From assembly GCA_020846885.1 (NCBI GenBank), contig JADLDC010000267.1, positions 5,308 through 69,307 on the forward strand: a DNA stretch of 64,000 nt, in the 5' to 3' direction. A program made the position numbers and the translations under genes. The stretch is from Acidobacteriota bacterium. Its GTDB lineage: Bacteria > Acidobacteriota > Blastocatellia > Pyrinomonadales > Pyrinomonadaceae. A model generated the notes under the pieces. The model was not told where the DNA came from, ran no database searches, and worked only from the letters and a program-made list of their open reading frames with translations. Shown piece after piece: positions 41,340 through 49,049 of the stretch (its first letter is position 1; every line of letters starts with the position of its first letter).

Positions 41340-42323
41340 ATGAAGCAGTTGTCGCAATCTTTTAATTTCCCTTTCCATTGCTGTAACCGCCGTATGCTCT
41401 TTCGGTGTGACGATCTGCAGGTTTTCTACACGGTTATCCGTTTTCTCTTTATTCAAATGATGCACCTGCTCCCAGGGTTCCAGGCATCTGCCCAAGCTCA
41501 TTGCCATCACAAGGCGATGTTCGAGAATACGTCCAGAACCGTTCTTTTTAAAATTCGCTGCCATTTGAATCATCGGATGGTTAGCACCGATAACGACAAC
41601 CTTATAACCTTGCGGCGTAATCCAATAGCCTTTCTTAAAATTTGGATTATTCTGTCGAGCTATTCGCTGGCCGTGTTTTTGGTCGGCACACTTCCGACAA
41701 ATTGTTTTTCGCACAATCCCTTTTCGATATATCGCCCCAACTTGCCGTTTTCGCCGGTGTCCGCAAGAGCAAATAACATCAACCAAAAAAGCTGTGCCGC
41801 TGAAACCGCGCGGCGGTGCCTCGATGGTTCGCCAATCAATTACGGTTCCGTCGGGCAGTTCCTGGCGCCCGCGGGATCGATAATCCTCAAGACAGCGTTG
41901 GCGCTTCAGAAGAGGAGCACACTCCTTACAGCGTCCCGTGAAGTTGCGACGAGCTATTTGATAAAGCAGAGACCCGGCATCGACGATTCGTTCGGATCCG
42001 CAGTTAGAGCAGCTGATGGGGACGACACGCCTCTTGCGGCCGCCACGTTGGACAGTTATCGCTCGATCCCAAAAAATAGGGCAGCTATTCACGATCTGAA
42101 CGCCGCCCGTTGTTTGGATCGAGGGTGTACGGAGACGATTGCGACGAGGATTCGTCACGTGATCGTGATAGTGGGAGCGGCATTTTGCCGAGCAGAATTT
42201 TGTCCACGCTCGTACCTGTTGAGTTTGGTTGCCGCAGTTCATACAAGCAATCACTCCCGCAGAATTCTCAGAATGTTCAGATAGGCTGGTAAGGGTCATC
42301 GGCGTTCTAAAAATGCGTAGCAA
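41316..42323 (-). CDS. HNH homing-type endonuclease with N-terminal zinc-ribbon modules
   Basis: The C-terminus LEHRLVMAMSLGRCLEPWEQVHHLNKEKTDNRVENLQIVTPKEH is an HNH_3-type motif. Several CxxC pairs lie upstream. The start is uncertain (TTG 42323 or ATG 42299). Confidence 0.8.
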   Translation of the reverse strand: MLRIFRTPMTLTSLSEHSENSAGVIACMNCGNQTQQVRAWTKFCSAKCRSHYHDHVTNPRRNRLRTPSIQTTGGVQIVNSCPIFWDRAITVQRGGRKRRVVPISCSNCGSERIVDAGSLLYQIARRNFTGRCKECAPLLKRQRCLEDYRSRGRQELPDGTVIDWRTIEAPPRGFSGTAFLVDVICSCGHRRKRQVGAIYRKGIVRKTICRKCADQKHGQRIARQNNPNFKKGYWITPQGYKVVVIGANHPMIQMAANFKKNGSGRILEHRLVMAMSLGRCLEPWEQVHHLNKEKTDNRVENLQIVTPKEHTAVTAMEREIKRLRQLLHLERKKFS

Positions 42324-42343
42324 CGCATATTGTAAGGCAAGAA

Positions 42344-43750
42344 ATGGCAGAACAAAAGGATATCGAGACAGCGATCACGCGATTTAAGGAATCGTGCGGA
42401 GCTTATGAGAAATCGGATCGGTACTATCGAGGCGATCACGATCTTAAATTTGCGACGGAGAAATTCAAGAATGTGTTTGGCCCGTTGTTCCGCGAGTTTG
42501 CTTTGAACCTGTGCCCGGCGGTGGTCGATGCGTTGCGCGACAAGTTGATCCTCACGGAGTTTGGCGTTGAAGACGGCGGCGATACCGGATTGCCCGAGGC
42601 CGCCTGGAAGATCTGGCAGGCGAACCGGATGGGAAAGCGGTCGGGCGAGGTGCACAAGGAAGCGGTCAAGAACGGCGATTCGTACGTTATCGTCTGGCCG
42701 AACCCGGCGGGCGAGGTGACGATCTATCCAAACCGTGCGGCGACGTGCACGGTCATCTATGACGAAGAGACGCCGGGGAAGGTTCTTTGGGCGGCGAAAC
42801 ACTGGCGGGCAGCCGACAAGCGATTCAGGCTGAATCTTTACTACACGGACCGGATCGAAAAGTACATATCGAAGAAGACGCCGGGCGACCGGATCGAAGC
42901 GACGGCGAGCTTTTACGACAAGAATTTCACCGGCGGCAACACGGCCGCCGCGGCGAACGTTTTGCCGGACGCGAAAGATTTTGTGCCGATCGACGATGAT
43001 ATTCCGGTCGTAAGGAACCCGTACGGCGTCGTGCCGGTCTTTCATTTCGCGAACAACTCCGATATCGGAATGCACGGCCAATCCGAATTATCGGGGGCGG
43101 TCCCGATCCAGGACGCGCTGAACAAATCGGTGCTGGACATGCTGGTCGCAATGGAATTTGCGTCCTACCGGCAGCGGTGGGCGTCAGGGATCGAGATCGA
43201 GTACAACGACGATGGCGACCCGATACCGCCGTTCACAGCAGGGATCGAGAAGCTGTGGACGACAGAAAACCCGGAGGCGAAGTTTGGCGATTTCGAGGCC
43301 GCCAACCTGGAACAGTTCCTGAAAGTGAAAGACGGATTCCGAACGGACATGGCGTGCGTGACGGGAACGCCGATCTGGTATTTCATGCAGGCGAAGGGCG
43401 ACTTCCCTTCAGGCGAGGCCCTGCGAAAAAGCGAAACGCGGTTTACGAACAAGGTCCGCGACCGGCAGCAGTCCTTCGGCCAGGTGTGGGAAGACGTGAT
43501 GGCGTTTGCCCTGATGATCGAGAACAAGGGCAAAGGCGTTCGCCTTTTTGCGGGATGGGAAGATCCTTCGCCGCTTTCTGAGAAAGAAGAGCTTGAGAAC
43601 CTGATGATCAAAAAGGACCTCGGCATCTCGGACGAACAGGCGTTGATGGAGGCCGGCTACGGCGACGAGGACGTGAAGCGGATGATGGCCGCAAATCTGG
43701 CAAAGCGTGACGCAATGGTCGATTCATTCAACGCCGGCGAGGATGGGTGA
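42344..43750 (+). CDS. portal protein (SPP1 gp6-like family)
   Basis: 468 aa located between terminase and the MuF-like gene. The N-terminal pattern YYRGDHDLKF and overall size fit portal proteins. Confidence 0.75.
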   Translation: MAEQKDIETAITRFKESCGAYEKSDRYYRGDHDLKFATEKFKNVFGPLFREFALNLCPAVVDALRDKLILTEFGVEDGGDTGLPEAAWKIWQANRMGKRSGEVHKEAVKNGDSYVIVWPNPAGEVTIYPNRAATCTVIYDEETPGKVLWAAKHWRAADKRFRLNLYYTDRIEKYISKKTPGDRIEATASFYDKNFTGGNTAAAANVLPDAKDFVPIDDDIPVVRNPYGVVPVFHFANNSDIGMHGQSELSGAVPIQDALNKSVLDMLVAMEFASYRQRWASGIEIEYNDDGDPIPPFTAGIEKLWTTENPEAKFGDFEAANLEQFLKVKDGFRTDMACVTGTPIWYFMQAKGDFPSGEALRKSETRFTNKVRDRQQSFGQVWEDVMAFALMIENKGKGVRLFAGWEDPSPLSEKEELENLMIKKDLGISDEQALMEAGYGDEDVKRMMAANLAKRDAMVDSFNAGEDG

Positions 43751-44409
43751 CCAATCATAAATTTATGAACTACATTCTACCGTTTACATTGACGGGCGTC
43801 GTGATCACCATATTCGTTTATCTTTGGCTGCGAAAGAGAAGCGCGGAAAGCTGGCATCTCGACCCTGAAACACGAGGGCTGCGGCTGCTCGGCCAGGTGA
43901 AGCCGGTCGAGACGCCCGGCGGGCACGAGATCTACTTTGAAGAAGGCAGCGGGCCGGACTTTGCAAGGTTTGGCGGGGCTATCGACGCCGGCGTTGAAAA
44001 AACATTCAGAAAGCTCGAATGTGCGGGATATCCGGTTGACCGGTCAAAGCACCGGATAAAGGCGACCGTGTTCGCGGCCGAGCCGTCGGCGGACGGCAGC
44101 CCAAGTTTCAGGGTACCGATCAGGCCCGGCAATCCGTATTTCAACGGCGAGTTCGACAAGATGGCCGGCCGGCCGGATTGGCCGCATTATATCCTGGCCG
44201 CCGGGCAAACGATCGCTGTCGGCGAACCGTACGGCGACGTGTTCATAGTTCCGTACTGCACCGAAGATCACCTTGATTATCTGGCCCGGGCCGCGGAATA
44301 CGAAATGGAGCACGTCGGTTTAGCGTGGTACGACGGCGAAAAGTTTGAAGCGACGAAATACCATACTACCGGCGGCCATCCGTTAGTTGCCGACTGTCCG
44401 AAGGTATAA
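43747..44409 (+). CDS. membrane-anchored hypothetical protein inserted between the portal and MuF-like genes
   Basis: N-terminal TM segment ILPFTLTGVVITIFVYLWL. No recognisable domain. Confidence 0.5.
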   Translation: MTNHKFMNYILPFTLTGVVITIFVYLWLRKRSAESWHLDPETRGLRLLGQVKPVETPGGHEIYFEEGSGPDFARFGGAIDAGVEKTFRKLECAGYPVDRSKHRIKATVFAAEPSADGSPSFRVPIRPGNPYFNGEFDKMAGRPDWPHYILAAGQTIAVGEPYGDVFIVPYCTEDHLDYLARAAEYEMEHVGLAWYDGEKFEATKYHTTGGHPLVADCPKV

Positions 44410-44432
44410 ACAGGCTGGGAGGCCCGGTCAAG

Positions 44433-46634
44433 ATGTCCGCTCTCGAAGATCTACTCAAAAAACATCGGCAGCGGATCGCGACGCGTGAGGCGGCGGCGTT
44501 TCGTGAAATGCTGGCGGCGTACGAGCCGATCGAGCGGGAACTGCAAAGCTCGTATCGGGACCTCCAGAAAAAGATCAAAGCGGCCCAGGCAGCGGGCGAA
44601 ACGATCAGCCCCTCGTGGTTTTATCGCGAACGGCGGTTGAAGCTGCTGCTGGAACAGGTGCGGGAACAGATCGAGCGGTTTGGCCGGAACGCGGCCCCGA
44701 TCGTCGAGCGGGAACAGCGCGAGGCGATACGGATAGCGATAGAGCAGGAGAGAGAGACGGTCCGGCTTGTCGCCGGGCCCGCAAACTCAAGTTTGCGGGA
44801 CATTGGGAGCCAGCTTTCGCATCGGGTTGTCGAGAACGCGGTCGGGATGATGGGCGACGGCTCGCCGATACTGAGCTATTACGCCGAGAACTTAGCGCCG
44901 GCGGTCGCCGAAAAGCTCAAAAGCGAAGTGATCAAGGCGGCGGCGATGGGAACGGATTTTAGCACGATCGCCCGACGGCTGGCGGCGACGGGCGAGATCA
45001 CCAGGCGGCGGGCGTTGACAATGGCACGGACGGAGGTGAACCGCGTGAGGCGGGAGGCGAAGCGGCAGTTCTATGAGGACCATTCAGACGTGATCAGCGG
45101 ATGGGAGTGGATAGCGTCCAAGAGCACACGGACCTGTGTGGTGTGCCTGGCAATGGACGGCACGGTGCATAAATTAAAGGAAGAGTTTCCGCAGCATATT
45201 AATTGTTTGACAGCGGGCACAATAGTTTGTTCGCCGGAAACTCGGACGGCGACCCGAAGATTTTACGAAGGCGATGTTGTGGAGATCGAAACGTCAAGCG
45301 GCCTTCGGCTGACCGTCACCCCAAATCATCCGATAATGACGCGGAATGGCTGGGTAGCGGCGGACCCCATTGAGAAAGGAAACTATGTAGTCGGCACAGG
45401 CGACGGACAAAGGGTGTGTATTGATATCAATCCACACGTAGACAACAAACCATCCGTTGTCGATCAGATATTTATTGCGGCGATGGAACGCCGCGGCATG
45501 ATATCCGAAGTTGTGCCACATTCCCCCGCAAATTTCCACGGCGACGGGAAAGGCAGCGATGTCGATGTTATATTTATCGACCGCCATCTGAGGCGTGATC
45601 TGGATTCCGCGTTCGGTAAGCCAGCGGCCGAGACGCAGTTCATAAGCGGACGCGAAGGTCTGGGAGTGTTGGCGGGACAAAGCCCGTTTGACGAGCTGTT
45701 CATGCGGCACCTTCCGCCCTCGGACCGCATCATGAGCGGCCTTGACATTTCGAGCGTTTTCCCCGGGCGTCCGCTGTTCCATCATCATGCGGTTGGCATC
45801 AAGAACAGATCGGATCGGGACGCCTATCTCGATGAGGCGACGCCGTATCACCTGACGCGACACTCCGAAATGTTTAGCGAGGGCGTTCTCGGAGGTTCCA
45901 CTTTTGTATCGGGAAGCAAGTTCGGCGGTGGGAAGGTCATGGCGATTAGTACAGGTGATTCCGCGTTCCTTCAAAATTCCGTAGAAGCGGCGGGAAGCGA
46001 CATTGAATTTTGCCGCGATTTCCTTAACAGGCACTCCGTCAATGTAAGCCTTGATCGCGTCGTCAAGGTTAGTCGGTATTTTTATCGCGGTCATGTTTTC
46101 AACCTTGAGACATCCACTGGATATTATATCGCGAATGGCATAGTGACCCATAATTGCCGGTGCAACATTATCGCCGTGATCGACGGTGTTGAGCGGGAAC
46201 CGCGGACGACGGCCGGTGAATGGTTTCACGGCCAACCGGCGGACGTGCAGGAAAAGATATTGGGCAAGGACGCTCTTGCGGCATACAAGAGAGGTGATGT
46301 GGACCTTTCTGATTTTGTCGGGTACTCGACGCACCCGGCGTTCGGAGTCAGCGTAAAACGCCGGAAGCTGGCGGATGCACTTGGCAAGGCGGTGCATGAC
46401 GACGCGCGGGAATATGAAGGAATTCTGCAAGCCGCGGGATACGGCACGAAGCGAGTTAAGACCAAGAGCACAAACTCGGTGTACATCGTGGTTGATATAA
46501 ACGGGGTCCGCGGAAAGATAAGGGTCTCAGACCATGCGGCGGCACGGACGGACAATATTCTGGACCTGCGGCCGAGCAAGAAGATCACAAAAGAGAAGCT
46601 GATCGAAGGCGTTGACAGGCACTTTGGCAGGTAA
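44433..46634 (+). CDS. MuF-like / SPP1 gp7-family head morphogenesis protein interrupted by an intein
   Basis: The exteins give ...CVVCLAMDGTVHKLKEEFPQHIN|CRCNIIAV..., the conserved MuF motif. The intein is at 45204-46154. Confidence 0.85.
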   Translation: MSALEDLLKKHRQRIATREAAAFREMLAAYEPIERELQSSYRDLQKKIKAAQAAGETISPSWFYRERRLKLLLEQVREQIERFGRNAAPIVEREQREAIRIAIEQERETVRLVAGPANSSLRDIGSQLSHRVVENAVGMMGDGSPILSYYAENLAPAVAEKLKSEVIKAAAMGTDFSTIARRLAATGEITRRRALTMARTEVNRVRREAKRQFYEDHSDVISGWEWIASKSTRTCVVCLAMDGTVHKLKEEFPQHINCLTAGTIVCSPETRTATRRFYEGDVVEIETSSGLRLTVTPNHPIMTRNGWVAADPIEKGNYVVGTGDGQRVCIDINPHVDNKPSVVDQIFIAAMERRGMISEVVPHSPANFHGDGKGSDVDVIFIDRHLRRDLDSAFGKPAAETQFISGREGLGVLAGQSPFDELFMRHLPPSDRIMSGLDISSVFPGRPLFHHHAVGIKNRSDRDAYLDEATPYHLTRHSEMFSEGVLGGSTFVSGSKFGGGKVMAISTGDSAFLQNSVEAAGSDIEFCRDFLNRHSVNVSLDRVVKVSRYFYRGHVFNLETSTGYYIANGIVTHNCRCNIIAVIDGVEREPRTTAGEWFHGQPADVQEKILGKDALAAYKRGDVDLSDFVGYSTHPAFGVSVKRRKLADALGKAVHDDAREYEGILQAAGYGTKRVKTKSTNSVYIVVDINGVRGKIRVSDHAAARTDNILDLRPSKKITKEKLIEGVDRHFGR
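44778..44799 (+). repeat. palindrome family variant CCCGCAAACTCAAGTTTGCGGG (followed by ACATTGGG)
   Basis: 10-bp perfect arms with two compensated arm changes. The trailing ACATTGGG matches tandem copy 2. Located inside the MuF-like CDS. Confidence 0.8.
45204..46154 (+). other. intein (317 aa) in the MuF-like gene
   Basis: Block A CLTAGTIV, block B LTVTPNHPIMTRNGWVAADPIEKGNYV, blocks F/G HVFNLETSTGYYIANGIVTHN followed by +1 Cys. The flanks reconstitute H-I-N-C-R-C. Confidence 0.85.
45294..46094 (-). CDS. antisense-encoded HTH plus Vsr/DUF559-like PD-(D/E)xK endonuclease (putative homing endonuclease), nested in the intein
   Basis: ATG 46094 (AAGG 9 nt upstream). Two HTH-like segments (VKEIAAKFNVASRRFYGILKERGI and ALAKHFGVSRQVIRRRLIEIGV). 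Nuclease core YNIDIAAFPVAVEICGGMWH ... HRRNKYLIDNGWFVVYVW fits the D..E.DG..H...R..L...GW.V.R pattern. Confidence 0.65.
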   Translation of the reverse strand: MTAIKIPTNLDDAIKAYIDGVPVKEIAAKFNVASRRFYGILKERGITCTNRHDLPTAELASRYKSGTSENALAKHFGVSRQVIRRRLIEIGVPIRSVLDANRMMMEQRTPGENARNVKAAHDAVRGRKVPHEQLVKRALSRQHSQTFASAYELRLGRWLTERGIQITPQMAVDKYNIDIAAFPVAVEICGGMWHNFGYHAAAFHRRNKYLIDNGWFVVYVWIDINTHPLSVACADYIVSFLNGVRRYPAIPRHYRMIWGDGQPKAA

Positions 46635-46651
46635 AGGGCGGGCGTTGATCG

Positions 46652-46870
46652 TTATTCGATAGCGATATCGCCGTCATCGAAATTTACGATCTCAATTTCC
46701 TCTGAATCGTCCAGTTCGCGAACAAGGGCGGAGAGCGGCCCGGCGGCCACTTTTTGACGGGACGGGTATTTTTCGGCAACGACGCGGGCTGCCCGCTCGC
46801 TGACCACGATAACGCGGTCAAGGGCGATAAGGCCGTCGGCGATCTCATTGAATCGTGCTTCGGAAACCAT
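46652..46870 (-). CDS. small acidic hypothetical protein downstream of repeat module copy 2
   Basis: 72 aa from ATG 46870. The longer track ORF start (46972) lies inside the repeated non-coding module. Confidence 0.4.
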   Translation of the reverse strand: MVSEARFNEIADGLIALDRVIVVSERAARVVAEKYPSRQKVAAGPLSALVRELDDSEEIEIVNFDDGDIAIE

Positions 46871-46926
46871 CCTTTGCAATATAACACGGTTTTGGATGCC
46901 GGGCGGCAAAAAGAACCTGGCGAAGC

Positions 46927-47077
46927 ACCTTTCCAAATGCGGTAAATCATTCCAAGAGCGGTAAACCTTCACATCTGCTATTTATTCGGACGTTCGTAAT
47001 TCTTTAATCTCGACGTGGAAAATGAAGAACCCACCCGCTAAAGGCGAGGTGGTTGCAGACTGATTATGAGCAAGAAA
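46927..47077 (+). repeat. 151-bp module, copy 2 (includes hairpin 47026-47056, mini-ORF 47022-47063 and the scaffold gene start)
   Basis: Aligns base-for-base with 35901-36051 except for a 6-nt block and a few substitutions. Confidence 0.9.
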
Positions 47078-47653
47078 GCTGACGAGAGGCCGGCCGAAGA
47101 AAAGCCCGCTGAAGATGAAAAGCCCGCCGAGGGGACACCGGCCGCGGAGAAGTCCGCCGCCGAAGAGAAGCCGGCCACGGAGAAAAAGGAAAAGACCTAC
47201 ACGAAGGCCGAGATCGAGGCTGAGCGGAAGAAGGCCGTGGCCGATGCCCAGAAGAAATGGGAAGAGGAAAAGGACCTGACCGAGCTTGAGCGGATCAAAA
47301 AAGAAAACGAAGATCTGCGGTCGGCGAACCGGCTTCGCGACGCGCGGGATGAAGTTGTCACAGCGCTGAAAACAGCCGGTGCGAAGTCGGCCGAGTTTGC
47401 GTTTGACGCGATCCAGGCACGGCTGAAGTTTGACGATGCCGGAAAGCTGGTCAACGCAAAGGACCTGATCGACGGCCTGAAATCGACTTATCCCGATCAG
47501 TTCGGGATCGACAAGCCCGAAGGCGGAGCCGACGGCGGTGTCGGACAGGGCAAGCAGGGCGAGAAGCTGACCGCCGAAAAACTTGCGGCGATGACGCCGG
47601 CCGAGATCAACAAGCTTGACTGGAAAGAAGTCTCCGCGGTACTGGCCGGATAA
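47066..47653 (+). CDS. scaffolding protein
   Basis: Highly charged, coiled-coil, Ala/Glu/Lys-rich 195-aa protein immediately upstream of the major capsid gene. Confidence 0.65.
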   Translation: MSKKADERPAEEKPAEDEKPAEGTPAAEKSAAEEKPATEKKEKTYTKAEIEAERKKAVADAQKKWEEEKDLTELERIKKENEDLRSANRLRDARDEVVTALKTAGAKSAEFAFDAIQARLKFDDAGKLVNAKDLIDGLKSTYPDQFGIDKPEGGADGGVGQGKQGEKLTAEKLAAMTPAEINKLDWKEVSAVLAG

Positions 47654-47663
47654 AGTAAAAATC

Positions 47664-47727
47664 GGGGAACCACCCCGTCAGTCTGCCAAAAACGCAGCCT
47701 GCCAACCTCTCCTTAAACAAGGAGGGG
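47664..47727 (+). repeat. structured element A: GGAACCACCCC box, variable hairpin, then CCTCTCCTT-AAAC-AAGGAGGGG hairpin
   Basis: Related copies at 55653-55701 and 61073-61126. It lies between the scaffold stop and the capsid start. Confidence 0.8.
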
Positions 47728-47746
47728 AATTAAGAAAAAAAAACAC

Positions 47747-48595
47747 ATGGCACTCACTTTTATTCCAACAGTCTGGGTTGCTCGATTGCTGACGGCACTT
47801 GAGAAGGCCCTTGTTTACGGGCAACCGGGAACCGTCAATCGCGATTACGAAGGCGAGATCGCGGAGGCGGGCGACACGGTAAAGATCGCGTCGATCGGCG
47901 ACCCGACGATCGGGACGTACACGAAAAACGTGGACATTCCGAATCCGGAGATACTGACCGACGCCGAGCAGACGCTGATCATCGATCAGTCGAGATACTT
48001 TAACTTTTACGTCGATTCGATCGACCGGGCACAGCAGAACGTCAATGTGATGGACGAGGCGATGCGGCGTGCGGCATACGGGCTGCGGGATGTGCAGGAC
48101 CAGTTCATCGCGGCGGCCCATGCACAGGTGCCGGCGGCGAACCTTATAGGCTCGGATGCCGTTCCGATCACACCGACGAACGCAAACGCGTACGAGTATC
48201 TGGTGGACCTGAGCGTGAAGCTGGACGAGGCGAACATTCCGACCGAAGGCCGGTTCTGCATCGTGCCATCGTGGTTTCACGGGCGGCTCCTGAAGGACAA
48301 CCGGTTTGTTTCGGCGGGCACGTCGAAGACGGATTCGGTGCTTGCAAACGGAATGGTCGGCGAGGCGGCGGGATTCAACATCCTGAAATCGAACAATGTT
48401 CCGAACACGGCCGGCACGAAATACAAGATCCTTGCCGGGCACTCGATGGCGTATTCGTTCGCCCTGCAGATCACATCGCTCGAAGCTTATAAACCTGAAA
48501 AGCGGTTCGGCAACGCGGTGAAGGGACTGAATGTTTACGGCGGAAAGCTTGTCCGTCCGACGGCGTGGGCGGTACTGACGGCCAACGCGGCGTAA
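47747..48595 (+). CDS. major capsid protein
   Basis: 282 aa following the scaffold gene. Motifs VNRDYEGEIAEAGDTVKI, GRFCIVPSWF, GFNILKSNNVP and VKGLNVYGGKLVRP are typical of a widespread coat-protein family. Confidence 0.8.
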   Translation: MALTFIPTVWVARLLTALEKALVYGQPGTVNRDYEGEIAEAGDTVKIASIGDPTIGTYTKNVDIPNPEILTDAEQTLIIDQSRYFNFYVDSIDRAQQNVNVMDEAMRRAAYGLRDVQDQFIAAAHAQVPAANLIGSDAVPITPTNANAYEYLVDLSVKLDEANIPTEGRFCIVPSWFHGRLLKDNRFVSAGTSKTDSVLANGMVGEAAGFNILKSNNVPNTAGTKYKILAGHSMAYSFALQITSLEAYKPEKRFGNAVKGLNVYGGKLVRPTAWAVLTANAA

Positions 48596-48610
48596 CCTGA
48601 GCAAGCAATT

Positions 48611-48650
48611 TGAACGCAGTGAAGCGTTCACTGGCGGACTAAAGTCCGCC
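48611..48650 (+). terminator. two stem-loops after the capsid gene (TGAACGC-N6-GCGTTCA and GGCGGAC-TAAA-GTCCGCC)
   Basis: 7-bp stems 15 to 55 nt after the capsid stop. There is no T-tract, so a terminator role is only a possibility. Confidence 0.3.
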
Positions 48651-48664
48651 TATCCGATAAGATT

Positions 48665-49042
48665 ATGGCAAATCCAGCTTCATTTACAGTTAATGCTTTG
48701 TCGGCAAACGGCTCGATCGCCCAACCGGCGGTACAGACCATCGACACGAACGGTACTGTTCCGATCCCCGCGGCGACGCCGTCGGACCGGCTATTTCTCG
48801 AATGTGTCAATTCGGCCGCAAACGCGATCGATGTGACGGTCAAAGGCGGCGTTAACCCACCGTCGCACCTGTCGCGTGACCTGGCCGTGACCATTGCGGC
48901 GACGACCGGAAAGTCGATCATCGGGCCGTTTGAATCACAGCGGTTTACAAAGGCCGACGGTTCGTTCGACGTGCAGTTTCAGGCGGCATCGGGAGCACCA
49001 AACCTTGCGGTCCGTGTTTATCGCCTGCCGAAGCAGATATAG
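48665..49042 (+). CDS. hypothetical head protein (possible decoration protein)
   Basis: 125-aa ORF directly after the capsid gene. Confidence 0.5.
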   Translation: MANPASFTVNALSANGSIAQPAVQTIDTNGTVPIPAATPSDRLFLECVNSAANAIDVTVKGGVNPPSHLSRDLAVTIAATTGKSIIGPFESQRFTKADGSFDVQFQAASGAPNLAVRVYRLPKQI

Positions 49043-49049
49043 GAGACCT

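Noticed and set aside
45294-46430. Full 378-aa version of the antisense ORF in the MuF-like gene
   Set aside because: The first 112 codons (46095-46430) extend outside the intein into extein-coding DNA and translate to low-quality sequence. The protein-like part begins at ATG 46094 (MTAIKIPTNLDD...), so only 45294-46094 is proposed.
47664-47727. Simple rho-independent terminators as the full explanation for the CCCCTCCT/AGGAGGGG hairpins
   Set aside because: None of the three copies is followed by a T-tract, and the upstream box plus covarying first hairpin are conserved as a unit. A terminator role is kept only as one alternative in the finding.
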